From Eledone cirrhosa (lineage: Eukaryota), in the NCBI GenBank assembly GCA_964016885.1, contig OZ024743.1, forward strand, positions 193,874,001 through 193,938,000: a stretch of 64,000 nucleotides of DNA. The letters run 5' to 3'. The translations under genes and the position numbers were made by a program. Below, piece by piece: positions 40,311-54,045 of the stretch (its first letter is position 1; each line of letters starts with the position of its first letter). The notes under the pieces were generated by a model that had not been told where the DNA came from, searched no databases, and saw only the letters and a program-made list of their open reading frames with translations.

Positions 40311-41069
40311 TGATCGGCACAACAACGAACAACATGCTTTGTGGCATGTAGTTACGGCTCTTTACGTTCTCAGTTCAAATGACGCCGTGGTTAATTTTCC
40401 ATTCATTCTTACGGGGTCGATAAAATAAATCACCAGTAATGAACTCGAGTCGATTTAATTGACTTCCCCTTCCCCTGAAATTGCTGGACTTGAGCCTAAA
40501 TAAAAAAACTATTATTACTAAACTAATATCCGGCTCTTTAGTTTCTGAGTTCAAATCAAAGCTGAGTTAAATTTTACCTTTCAATCTTATGTGGTCAATA
40601 AAATAAAGTACTAGCCAAGTTTTTAGTAAAAACATAATCGACTGCAGCCCTACATGCACACACACACACACAGACACACACACACATACACACACACACA
40701 CGTACAGACACTCACACATACAGACACACACACATATAAAAAACACACGCACACACAAACACAAACATACGCACACGCACATACAGACACACACACACAC
40801 GTACAGACACACACACATACAGACACACACATATCCAGACACACACACACACACATACAGACACACACACACATACACACACACTCACACATACGCACAC
40901 AATTGCTAGCCTTGTGCCAAAATTAGAACCATTCTTACTAAACTAATATTGTAATTCATTTCTCTTCCTGACTTGTATAGAAAGATAAACATTTATTTTT
41001 GGTTATTTTCTGTATTCTTCCCTTTTGGAATTTTTTCCCAGACTACAATTGTTTATTCTTTACGTCTTC

Positions 41070-41600
<531 letters not shown>

Positions 41601-41960
41601 TCTTTCCTTCCCTCCTTTCTTCTTGCTCACTCGTATTCCCTTTGAACTTTCAATGTGTTTATTATCCACAAATGTACACACATTTCGTTTCGTGTAACAT
41701 TTTCAATATCATCCTTTTTTCTTCTTTTTATCTTCTCCTCCATCCGCACCCACCTTCCTTCATCCTACCTGTAACAGCAGGTCTTCCCATCCCATAAGTC
41801 AACATGTTCCGAAAAGCAGTTGAAACCACCACCACCACCACCACCACCACCACCACCACCACCACCAAAAACAACAACAACAACAACAACAAAATCAGCC
41901 AGAATAACAACAAGAAATAAACAAAAATATATTTCTTTAAAGCATAAAGAAATCTGTTTT

Positions 41961-42008
<48 letters not shown>

Positions 42009-42112
42009 TATATATAACATTTCTTCTTTATCCTTTAAAGAAATATATATATATATATGTATATGTATGTGTATATATATATATAAAACAGATTTCTTCT
42101 TTATCCTTTAAG

Positions 42113-42175
<63 letters not shown>

Positions 42176-43386
42176 CTTTTTACTCGAGATAATAAGTTAT
42201 AAGTGAGTCCCACGAGGATTGGTTCAATGGTATTTCTCTTTCTTCTGCCAAAAATCAATGGTGGAATATCTGCCACAAGAAGCTCAGTTTCTACCTAGAG
42301 AGTAGCAAGACACAAATCAATATAAAATACACCCGAGTTACACACTCTTTACAAATTATCACTACTTCATATTTACTAGCCTCGTTTACTCTTGTTCTTC
42401 ACCCAGTCAAACTCATACACACACACACCACAGAGATCAAGAGATCAAGAGAGATCAAGAGAGAGAGACAGAGAGAGAGTGGTGAGAAAGAGAGAGGGAG
42501 AAAGAGAGAGAGAGTGGGGAGAGGGAGACAGAGAGAGACCAGGAAAGTGAGAATAACCAAGAGTGAGAAAGACCAAGAGAGAGAAAGACCGAGAGAGAGA
42601 GAGAGAGGAGAAACAGAGAGACCAGGAAAGAGAGGATGACCAAGAGTGAGAAAGACTGAGAGAGAGATAGGGAGGAGAAAGAGAGCAAAAGAGTGAGAAA
42701 AATCATGAGAGAGGGTGAGAGAGAGAGAGAGAGAAAGACTATATACATTGTTAAAGCGAGCTCTTCTTTCGCCTTTTCCTCCTGCCTCTGTTCCCTTCTC
42801 TTTCTTCTCTCTATCTGTGTGTTTGTTTTTATGTATGTACGTACGTACGTATGTATATATATATATATGTGTGTGTGTATGTATGTATGTATGTATATAT
42901 GTGTGTATGTGTAGGAATATAAATATATATACATGCGTTCACACGTACACACCTACACACACGTATGATTATGTGCGTGAGTGTACGTTTATACGTATAT
43001 TCCTACACACACACACACATATATATATGTGTGTATGTGTGTGTATGTGTATATGTGTGCGTGGTTGTATATGTGTACATGTCTGTCTGATTCACTGTAA
43101 TAACAGTTATATATTTATCAATAGATAGGTATTACAATCATTGCTGCAATATTCCGATATTCCGCAATGAGAAAAACAAACAAGTGCAACAGTTAGTCAA
43201 TGGTAAGAAAATCAAATGTTTCTGTCATTGACTTCCCTTAATTTGATAAACTTAAGCCAATAGAGACCTGTTAGAATATATCTCTTCTAAAATCACATTA
43301 TGTTTCTCATTTAATCTTCATTTCATCAAACTCTTTCCTTTTCTCTATCTGTATTTCTCCACCATTCTATATAAATGAAGCACATC

Positions 43387-44063
43387 AAAAGTATTAGACT
43401 CGTTGGATGGTGATTCCTTTCTGAGCAAACTACATTGTATTCTGAATACTGGAAACAAGTATTAGACAACAAAAGTATTAGACTCGTTGGATGGTGGTTC
43501 TTTTCCCAGCAAACTACATTCTATGAAGTGTAAATCATGTTCTGAATGATGGAAATAAGTATTAGACAACAAAACTATTAGACTCGTTGGATGGTGGTTC
43601 TTTTCCCAGCAAACTACATTCTATGATGTGTAAATCATGTTCTAAATACTGGAAACAAGTATTAGACAACAAAAGTATTAGACTCGTTGGATGGTGGTTC
43701 TTTTCCCAGCAAACTACATTCAATGAAGTGTAAATCATGTTCTGAATGATGGAAATAAGTATTAGACAACAAAACTATTAGACTCGTTGGATGGTGGTTC
43801 TTTTCCCAGCAAACTACATTCTATGAAGTGTAAATCATGTTCTAAATACTGGAAACAAGTATTAGACAACAAAAGTATTAGACTCGTTGGATGGTGGTTC
43901 CTTTCCCAGCAAACTATACTCTATGCTCTGAATGCTGGAAATCATGTTCTGAATGCTAGAAGCAAAGGTAGTAGACAACAAAAGTATTAGACCTGTTGGA
44001 TGGTGGCATCTTTTCGAGCAAACTACGCTCTATGAGGTGTAAATCATGTTCTAAATGTTGGAA
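43387..44063. repeat. 100-bp tandem minisatellite, about 7 units, with alternating A/B variants
   Basis: Unit starts at 43471, 43571, 43671, 43771 and 43871; diverged terminal units. Confidence 0.95.
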
Positions 44064-44629
44064 CATTTACAAACATTATTACCCGTGTGTTCCGTCTTCT
44101 CACACTATCAACGGGGGGCCCAAACCTGAACATGTACACAGTAGGAAAAGAACACCAATAGTTGTTCCATCCTCAGCAACAACGACAACAAGAATTGACG
44201 AAGAGTGGCAGTGAGATACCGAAGGGTCTCTGCATACATAACCAACAATCAGATTCTCTGAGCAGCAAATGCAATTCATCTTCTTGCAGCAAAGGATAGA
44301 AAATATATCTTGAGAAAAAACAAATAAAATACAACAAAAGACAAACAAACAAAAAACAAAACAAAACAAAAACCAAAAGCAATGTAAAACCGTCAGGGTA
44401 TAAGAAAGTGAAAGAATGAGTCTAGATTTATGAAAGGTAGGTACAGAAGTCCTCCAGAGAAAGGTGTCCGTCTGCTGTTTGAAGTGCATGAAATTCAAAC
44501 ATCTTTCAAATAATGACGAGTGCCTAATGGAAATCAAGCAGGTAAAAAATATTTTTGTGGTGTTGGTGGCGTTAAAGGTACCCTACAAAACCTAAAAAAA
44601 ACAATGTTGGTGAAAACCACATCAGATGG

Positions 44630-45310
44630 CTATTACCTTATTATCTTCCCTACTTACGGCTTTTAACATCTCGGACCGAATTTCCTCCTCCCTAGCGGTC
44701 TTGCCACATTTGAGCTCTTTAACTGCCCTTGTGAACTCAGTATCCGAGGGGTTTATCACCACTCGAATACATCAGATGATGCTGTTGTCACATGGTTTAG
44801 GAAATCAGCAAAGTAAAAATCGCTCCACCCCGTGAGGATGCACTTTGTGAAGAAAGGAAAACCCCAAACTCGTTCCTGATAGCAGGCGTGGAAGAGGACT
44901 TCTTATAAGGAAGTCGGGATCGTCAGCCAGAACACTTTATTTGCTGATCTGAAGTCGGATTCCAGCTTATCATCGAAGTCCTCCCATGTCTTAACTTTAC
45001 TGTCTCTGCTGCGACTTTTCGTGCTTGCATGTACCGCAAATGCATGAAGGAGGATTTGTTTCCAAGCCATGCTTTGAAAGCCTCCTTCTTTGCTCGGATA
45101 GCATCCATGTTAACGTGATTGAACCAAGGAGCCTTCCTGTCACCCAGTTCCCTACTAAGCCGCTTTTGACCGCAGTACTTAACAGTACATCTAACCAGAA
45201 ACTGCTTAGATGAACAATTTCCATTTTATTTCTACGCCATTAGATTGCTCAGGGAGTTCTCTGAATTTGGATTCAATAGTATCCACTGTTTTGTTCCTGA
45301 TTACCTTATC
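44630..45310 (-). mobile_element. RTE/Expander-like internal fragment (EN-RT linker)
   Basis: DAIRAKKEAFKAWL..RYMQARKVAAETVK and AVKELKCGKTAREEEIRSEMLKA. Confidence 0.7.
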
Positions 45311-45628
45311 TCTCAGTGTCAATATGTGCATCAAGGTATCCCATTAGGATATATGACTCAGTATTAACTACATCTAACGATACAGTGATTTCATCAAGGA
45401 AGGATCTGTATTCTGGCTCTGTTTGGGACATAAACATGTACCACCCTTCATACAATTTAGCTGGCAATCAATGTTTATCATTGATTGACGAACAGTTAAA
45501 AATAAAAATATAAATATACTTTCTCAAAACAAATATATAATGATAGTTGAGCAAAAATGAATATCTGCTCAGTACGACTTGACATAAATATAAACCTCCC
45601 GAAATAAATTATTATACGAAAGCATTAT

Positions 45629-45815
45629 TGTGAATTGGCAGTATCGGTAGAGGGTTGGACGCCATGCTTTCTAGCATAGTTACGTCCCTTTACAGTCTGA
45701 GTTCAAATCCCGCCGAGGTTAACTTTGCCTTTCATCCTTACGGGGTCGATAAAATAAAGTACCAGTAATGTACTGGGTAATTGCTGGCCTTGTGCCTAAA
45801 GTAGAAACAATTATT
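45629..45815 (+). mobile_element. SINE family A, full length, short-tail subtype
   Basis: Complete head, core and tail. Confidence 0.88.
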
Positions 45816-46620
45816 ACACATCTATAAATGTCGATGCCAAATTCCGCTATGACCAATCTGAAAATCTTAAAAGTGATTAATATACATCTAGTTGAGAATC
45901 ATGAAATGACAACACAGGAAATTTATTTTCATAAGCGATAACTTTATTAAAACTAAAATGAATGTATCGAAAAATGCATTTCTCAGACGTTTCAATACTT
46001 ATAATATAATACTTTTGCAATATATAAATATTTTACACTTTCAGACTTTTGCAATATTAGTTTATTCTAAGTTAACTTTATTCCCGTTCATTCAAATAAA
46101 CAAGATATGAAAATCTTTGTTTTTTTTTTGTTTTTTTTTTAAATTTCAAAATGTATTCTGGTTTACCATTATTCACATTTCCGCTGTAGTAAACATACTA
46201 TATGCTTGGATGCCATTAAAAGTTTTAGAAACAGTTCCTGATCGACTGGAAATTTAAATAGATGAACTTTAGTGCGCGGTTGTTTTTTCCCTCTTTCCTC
46301 TTATTTTGTAGTCCAGTATAACAGATATATTCAGTATTCATTTCCATTGAAAGTTTGTTTTTCAACTTGTTTACTAAACTCGACTGCGGCATGCTACAAT
46401 TGAAAAGAAGATGAAAGCAACTAACCGGTATTAGCTTCGTTTGTCTAACTGTCCATTTAAATTTAATTGATTAATCTCAGTTATCTTGTATTATAAAATA
46501 TTTTTTGTTGTGATGTTTCTTCTAATGTCTTTCGTCGTGACAAGATGGTTCTTAAGACACATTTTTATAACATTAAGTAGACAAGGTTTATTATTTATGA
46601 TCTAGTTATGTAACTGAGAG

Positions 46621-46867
46621 AAGGCGTGTAACTTGTGGTTAGAACGTTGAATTCACAATTGTGAGGCTGAAGCTGTAACTTAGCGGTTAGAACGTTGAAT
46701 TCACAATAGTGAGGATCAAGTTGTAACTTGTAGTTAGAACGTTGAATTCACAACAGTGAGAATCAAGTAGTAACTTAGTGGTTAGAACGTTGAAATCACA
46801 ATTGTGAGGCTCAAGTTGTAACTTAATGGTTAGAACGTTGAATTCACAATAGTGAGGCTCAAGTTGT
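46621..46867. repeat. Five tandem 47-48 bp units
   Basis: GTTAGAACGTTGAA at 46638, 46686, 46733, 46781 and 46829. Confidence 0.95.
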
Positions 46868-47654
46868 CGACCTCCTCATGGTGGGCCCTGGAAACTGACC
46901 AGATCACTGATCTCTGATTATGATCATGTGAACGACAACACCCTGAGGCAGCAACAGTCTCATACACAAGAAGAAGGTGTGAGTTCGATTCCAGGACCGG
47001 ACAGTGCTTTAAGTCCTTGAGAAAGACACCGCCCTGATTGATCATTTACATAACAGAGTTTTTACCAGATAATTACCCTATTTATGTCACACCTTGTTAT
47101 TTTCTTATTTGATACCCAGTGTTGAGTGTTTCCAAATAGGTAATATATTATTCTACTTTTCTCGTGATAAGTAGTGATGTAATAAAAAAAAAAATAAAAA
47201 AAAAGGAAATAACTTCACAAAGCTATAAGATGTTTATATTGCTGTATTTTTCCGTTTCAAATTCATTGTTATTCATATTGATATATTGGCGGTTCCCCTA
47301 CTTATAGCTGGAATATTTAGTAATTAGCCGTGAGTTGAAATTATTGAGAATTATATTCACAAGAAAGAGGTTCATACTGGACAACAGTGCAAGTCTTAAC
47401 AAGTTAAAATATCAAATGAATGTTGTTTTTTTTTAAATAGAATTTTTTTTTTACTAAAGCAATGTTTCCACCCATTAAAAGAATAAAGGAACTATTCAAT
47501 TTATTATAATAAGACTAAAACTAATAGAAATGCTAGTTGCTATGCCTCTATTGATTTATCTGACCTTCAATCGCAATTTTCCTGCATAACTAACATCTTT
47601 TATTATGACTTCGAATCCATTACTGGTTAATGTTATTTACATTATTCTTTTCAA

Positions 47655-47744
<90 letters not shown>

Positions 47745-49813
47745 TAATATGTATACTATATATGTTATATATATTATATATATTATATACATTATATATA
47801 AGTATATATATGTTATATATGTATATATATGTATATATATTATATACATTTATATATAATATATATATATATATTACATATATATATACATACCCATATA
47901 TATATTATATATATGTAAATATATTATATATATAATATATTTACATATATAGATATATATACATACTATATACATACATACTACATACATACATACATAC
48001 ATTCATAATACATACATATGTATGTGCATATAAAACACACGTACGTACAAACATAAATAATTCTATGAGCACAGAAACATTTTAGGATAATAATTCTTAA
48101 TTGAAATATCGGTTTTTATGCTAAGTCTCCAGTCTTAATTTTTCTTTTCATAAAAAAAAAAATGCTTTATTGCATATCTTTAGTAAATGTTGCTTAGTAA
48201 AATATTCAGAAGATTTATGTTTTTTATAGATGTGTTATGCTCTAAAACATGGCAACAATAACCAAACCATTTCAGACGAACATACAACGTTTCTCCTAAC
48301 ATATCAATTTACCGAAAATTAAATTGAAAATATTGCTTAAATATGTAAAATCTAAAAGTTATGGCGTTAAAATCTTTTTAATGTTGCTTTCATATATGAA
48401 CATATCTTTGAAAGAACATGTTTATAAGAAACCTCTTATTTATTATTGCTAAGAATACATTTACTACAAGCAATGATTTCTTTAACACAGGCTCCATTTT
48501 CGTTTATTAAATAATGGCTACAGGTACGCATAGTGAATAAGCGTAACATTTCTATGATTAGTTCTAATTCTAATCCGTACGAAGAAACCTTAGTGAAGCA
48601 GACATTTTCTTTTTCTTTTTCTTTTTACTACACTTTGCAAAATTATCTGCTGCTAGACTTATTTTTATCTTGGTTCTTTTCTCCATTTGTTTTTCTTCAG
48701 TCTTAATATTGTTTATGTACCACGTAGCTATGTAGATTATTTGTTTATCTAGGTATCTGAACGATCTGACATTGATATTAACATTGAACACAGAACTAGA
48801 TAGATAGATGGCTGGCTGGATAGATAGATAGATAGATATATGACTAATTGGATCGATGGATCGATAGATAGATGAATGGATGGATGGATGGATAGATGAA
48901 TGAATGGATGGATAGATAGATGGAAAGATAGATAGATAAATGGATATAAGGATATATATATATATATATATATATTGACACTTATATATTATGGAGTGCT
49001 GTTGGCTTTTCGCTGCAGTGTTTTCTATACCTTTCATTTATATATTTATACTCGGATTTTTTTCCTAGTGTGCTTAAATTATTTGTGACTAATCCCGGTT
49101 TTTTTTAATAAAAAACTGCGATAATATTGCTTTTTGCTGAACTCCTTTTGTAGAGTTTTTTTCAGAATGTTTTTGACTGTTGTTTCTTGTAAACAAACAT
49201 TCATCTCATTCTGACGTCACCAGCCATGTCTTTCCTCATGTGCGTTTTTCATAATCACGCATAATGGTAAACTAGCCTGTTTTAAAATTCCCTTTTTGGC
49301 ATATAAATCTGTGAGAATCCTGGTTATCGAGTTGAGCTCTGCTGAGGATTGAATTCCAACCGTGACCATCTCCACTGAAAGTTTTCATGAAATAGTCTTT
49401 AAGACTATACAGAGCATTTGAAGTTTTTCCAAATTGAAGGATGAGTATTTTAAACTTTATTTTATCATGAGTTAAGGCTCTATTGATTTTCCCTGGATTT
49501 CACTAAATTCTGTGGATGAATTTATATCCTGATTCACTTTGAGATGAGTTTTAATTATTTTTTCCCACATCTTACGTTAACTATTTTTCCCATTTTGACG
49601 CTATAGTCACTTATATATTATGGAGTGCTTTTGGCTTTTCGCTGCAGTGTTTTCTATACCTTTCTTTTATATATGTATATATATATATATATATATAAAA
49701 TATATATATTACTCTTTTACCTGTTTCAGTCATCCGGTTGAGGCCATGCTGGGGCACCGCCCTTGAAAAATAAACGGTACCTCTCGCAAAATAGATGTTC
49801 TTTTGATCAATTA

Positions 49814-49868
49814 CATTTTATTATACATATTTCGGTGGTACGACAGTACGTCCTCATCAGACAAAATA
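49814..49868 (-). ncRNA. Minimal type I hammerhead ribozyme motif (left arm)
   Basis: Minus strand: ATTTTGT-CTGATGA-GGACGTAC-TGTC-GTACCACC-GAAA-TATGTA-TA-ATAAAAT. Confidence 0.75.
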
Positions 49869-49965
49869 TAATGATACATGACATACCCTGAGATGTTAAA
49901 TGGTTAAGATTTAAGTCAATTAAATCTCAATCATTTAACATCTCAGGGTATGTCATGTATCATTA

Positions 49966-50020
49966 TATTTTGTCTGATGAGGACGTACTGTCGTACATCC
50001 GAAATATGTATAATAAAATG
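49966..50020 (+). ncRNA. Minimal type I hammerhead ribozyme motif (right arm)
   Basis: ATTTTGT-CTGATGA-GGACGTAC-TGTC-GTACATCC-GAAA-TATGTA-TA-ATAAAAT; predicted cleavage after 50012. Confidence 0.8.
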
Positions 50021-50160
50021 TAATTGATCAAAAGAACATCTATTTTATTAATACTTATATTTTAATATTAATAACTCCTGAAAATTATTTTTAGGTTGAG
50101 TGCTTCCAATCTACTGTAAAACTCATTCTTTGACATAATCATTGAATATTGTTTAATAAC

Positions 50161-50203
<43 letters not shown>

Positions 50204-50210
<7 letters not shown>

Positions 50211-53200
50211 AAAGGGGACAAAACAAGGACACATGCCGGAGATTTTACATACAATCGTAAAAATATGAAACAAACAAATATAACAATCGAAATCCCCAAT
50301 AGGGGGAGGCGCCACAAATGGGTTGTTTAATACCCCGTAGATAGAACAACCCTCAACTCCAGGAGCGTGTTGTGCAAGTGCTCCTTTCTTCCTTTTGCTC
50401 TCTTCTTCAACCTACAGGTTTATATACAGAGAAGGGCCAATCACTAGGGCCCTTTTTGCCACATTCACCCACCTTTCAGTAAATTTACTGGGGTGCAGTG
50501 CTTCTCTCTCCAGTCTGATTCTCCTTCTAAAGTGGTACCTAAAGAAGGGAATGAGTTGTTGTCCGGAGAAAAAGGCATCTGTCCTCATTCCTCTCAATCT
50601 CGTCCACCATATAACCTCTTACACCATAGCCACTATACAGAGGAAAACCGCCTCTCTTTCGTTTTTGAAGGAGGTTGGCGGTTTGATCCTTACTATGGAC
50701 TCGGCAATCAACTGGATTTGTCCCATACGCGACAGCAGTTGTTCTGCGTAGTTCCACAGGTCGGTTACGCCCGGGCAGTGTACAATTGCGTGCAAGACAC
50801 TTGTCCTGCCCGTATCTTGGACACGTTCTCTTGGAAGGATCCCTGCCGGGGCGTCCGTGCCTGTAGATCTTGTCACGAACTGGTAGAGCTCCTCGGTAGC
50901 ATAGCCAGGCAAGGGACCTCTGTCCATAGGTCCCGGGAAGAAAGTCCTACCAAACAGACTGATGAGTTCGTCGTCTCCGACGCCCAGAGTCTCTTCGAGC
51001 ACGTCGTCGCCCTTGTGACGTACTAACCTTCTATAGAATGTCGAAGTGGAGTCTCCACTGATTGCCGTGCCCGCTTGACAGAAGACTGTGAGCGCCTGAG
51101 CGCATTCAATGTGCCAGGTGCCCATCTTCTTTGGTCTCCGCTTGACCCAGGACTGCAGTTCCGTCAGCGAGACAAGTTGCGGGAAGTTCTGTCTCACAAA
51201 CCGCGCCCACACCAGTTGAGGGTCGGTGAGGAATACCTGTAGATACCGTAGCCTCAGCGTATGCTTGCGCATCATCTGCCACGGCATTTCCAGCCCTCCG
51301 TTGGAATGGTGCTGACAGCAGACGGATCTCGTCACCAATGGAGCCTGCAGTAAGTTGCCGATTGCCCCGATTTCCGAGGTTTCCGACACCATTACTGTTA
51401 CTCGTCGGCATAAGCCGACACCTCTTTCAACAGTCCCGATCCAACGGGATGCCCTGTATCAGCTCCAACTTCCGCAGTAGTGGCTCTAGAGTTAGTACGT
51501 ACAGAATGGAGGAGAGAGGGCATCCCTGTCGGATGGAACGCGTGATTGCGAACGGCTCCTATAGGTAGCCGTTCACCTTGACCATCGAGCAGATGTTGGT
51601 GTGCATTGCAGCCATCCAGCCTCCGAAGACGGGTCCGAAATCGGCCGCCTTGAGAACCGCTTCCAAGTATCGATGGTCGACCCTATCGAACGCCCTAGAT
51701 TGATCTAAATTGATCAGAGCCCCACCGAAGCCGCGTTTACACCCCACCCTCTCTATGATGTATCGCATGAGGTGGAGGTTGTCGTGTATGGACTTGGTCG
51801 GGATTGCACACGTTTGCGCTTTCCCTACCAGGTTCTCAACGAAAAGCGCCAACCTCGTTGCCAACACCTTGGCCAAAATCTTTAAGTCTGTGTTGAGCAG
51901 AGTTATGGGCCTAAAGTTGCTTAGTTCGTCTTTAAGTCTGTGTTGAGCAGAGTTATGGGTCTAAAGTTGCTTAGTTCGTCCTCCTTGTTCTCGTCTTTCC
52001 TGATCAGCGTTACTACGCCCCTGCCTGCAGACCTGGGAATTCTTCCGTTCTGCTGCCAGTTGCAGTAGACGGCCTCGAGGACGCCAGAGAACAAGTCCGG
52101 CATGTCTATGTAAAACTCATAGGGTAAACCATCTAGACCAGGTGATTTGAGTTTCCCGCAGCGGCCCATAGCGTACCGTATCTCAGTGGCTGTGATCGCA
52201 GAATTCGGCGTCCATGCTCGAGAGATGCGGCAGGCCGTCGAGGTATGAACCGAAGTCCATTGCCCCGTTCGACGCACCGCCACTCTGCTCGAACTGTTGC
52301 ACAAAGTGCTGTTGAAAGCTGCGCACATCCGGTTAGGGTCAAGTAGCACGCGTCCGTTTTGGTCTTTCAAAGACCGAATCGTGGACTTGTTGCCACCTTT
52401 TGCCTCTGCCACTCGGGCCCAGCTAACATCTTTCGCTTCCTCGTTTCCTAGAGCACGTGATTTACTTCTGACTACGCAGCCTTCGTGTTTCGCATCGAAG
52501 AACTGGTCCAGTGCCGTTCTTGTCTTTAGCTACGTTGCCACTCCTAACCGCCTCCTCTACCTTGGCTACTAGTTCCGTTTCTGTTTTGTTTTTCTCTAAG
52601 GCTAACTCTCTGCTAAAGTCTATCGACTCTTCTCTAATTGCTTTCTTGAGGGAGTACCACCATCTATTGTTGACGATGGCTCCTGTCAATTGTTGCTTAA
52701 CTAATCTACTTATCCGTTCACTGTAGGCTTTACGTGTCGGTAGCGACACGTTCAGCTTCCAGTATCTGGGTCCTTGTCTATGAATTCTATCACCGTTGAT
52801 TATGCAGATGACTACTTTGTGGTCTGAATAGGCAACCATGTGTATTTGTGAACAGCTTAACATCTTCTTGTCTCTCTCTCTAATAAAGAACCTGTCTAAA
52901 TACGATCTAGATGTCCCGCTGAGGTTTGTCCACGTCCACTGTGGTGCAGTCGGGAAATCTAGTCGATACCTATCGGCCAGTTGGAATTGGCCGATTAAAC
53001 TTTTGAGGCTGTTGCACCCACCTTTAGTGGGTCATGATCCTACATAGTCCCATCGTGCGTCTAGGATACCATTCCAGTCCCCCACTAAAAGCAAGGAGCG
53101 AGACGTTCCCCGAAAAGACTCTAGTCGCTTAAAGAAGTCTGGCCGCGATTGCCCAGTCGGGGCATAAACGGCCACCAGTTTGAAGGCTCCACCTCCAACA

Positions 53201-53520
53201 CTGTTCACGTCTAGGACTACCAGTCTACCCCCCGGGTCCAAGTGTACTTGCTGTACTTCGACGTCCAGGTTTTTCCGAAACATGACAGCCACTCCCCTCC
53301 ACCCCCTGACTGACAGAGAGACGCGTAGATCTCAAAGTCATTGAAGATGGGGGTTAGTTGCTGCCTGTTATGGATTCTGGACTCTGTGATGGCTAGCACA
53401 TCCATACCGTGTGATCTAAGGTTGTTTAAATGTTGGCTCTGTTTCCAGGGCATCCCTAGGCTACGCACATTCGCGCTTCCAACTCGTAAATTAGCCATGT
53501 TGGTGGAGAAGAGTTGGATA
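50204..53520 (-). mobile_element. Second Tx1-clade LINE; ORF2 pseudogene at 53498-50412; no ORF1; 3' end at (TA)n
   Basis: Clearly homologous to 12197-15812 (NVRSLG, GDWN, SDH, LDQSRAFDRVDH, ERWVNVAK). Confidence 0.9.
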
Positions 53521-53844
53521 GATAGAAAGATTTGGCTGTGCAAGCAGGAGAAACAAAACTCATTATAAGACTAAAGTGGCGTGAAACATTTGGTCGCCGA
53601 GTCTCTGATACAGCTTCGCAGCTACAACAAAGTATAGACAAAGATAAAATGAGAGAAAGGGAATGAGGGAGAGAGATAAAGAGGGAGAGAGAGAGAGGTG
53701 GGGGAGAGAATGAGAGAGAGCGAAAGGGAGAGATAGAGAGATGAGCGATAGATAGATAAATAGATAGAGATATATATAGAGAGAGGGAGAGAGAGAGTCT
53801 GCGAGAGAGAGAGAGAGAGTGAGTGAGAGAAAGAGGGAGAGCAA

Positions 53845-54045
53845 GATATTTCGATAACATCCATGAGCATGGCTGGTCTCGCTTGGGGATCCAGCTGGAT
53901 CAGTTGGAGATGGTTGTTTCTGACAGGTCTAAGTGGGCGACGGTGAAGAAGAAGAAGAAGAAGAAGAAGAAGAAGAAGAAGAAGAAGAAGAAGAAGAAGA
54001 AGAAGAAGAAGAAGAAGAAGAAGAAGAAGAAGAAGAAGAAGAAGA
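53845..54045 (+). mobile_element. RTE/Expander-like 3' fragment with (GAA)n
   Basis: RYFDNIHEHGWSRLGIQLDQLEMVVSDR followed by (AAG)n. Confidence 0.7.

Larger units (their letters stand above)
49788..50046. repeat. Near-perfect palindrome, 127-bp arms with a 5-nt loop
   Basis: Arms 49788-49914 and 49920-50046; about 4 mismatches by eye. Confidence 0.95.

Noticed and set aside
43387-46867. CRISPR-like arrays (100-bp and 48-bp repeats)
   Set aside because: No unique spacers, no cas genes, and eukaryotic context; these are plain tandem repeats.
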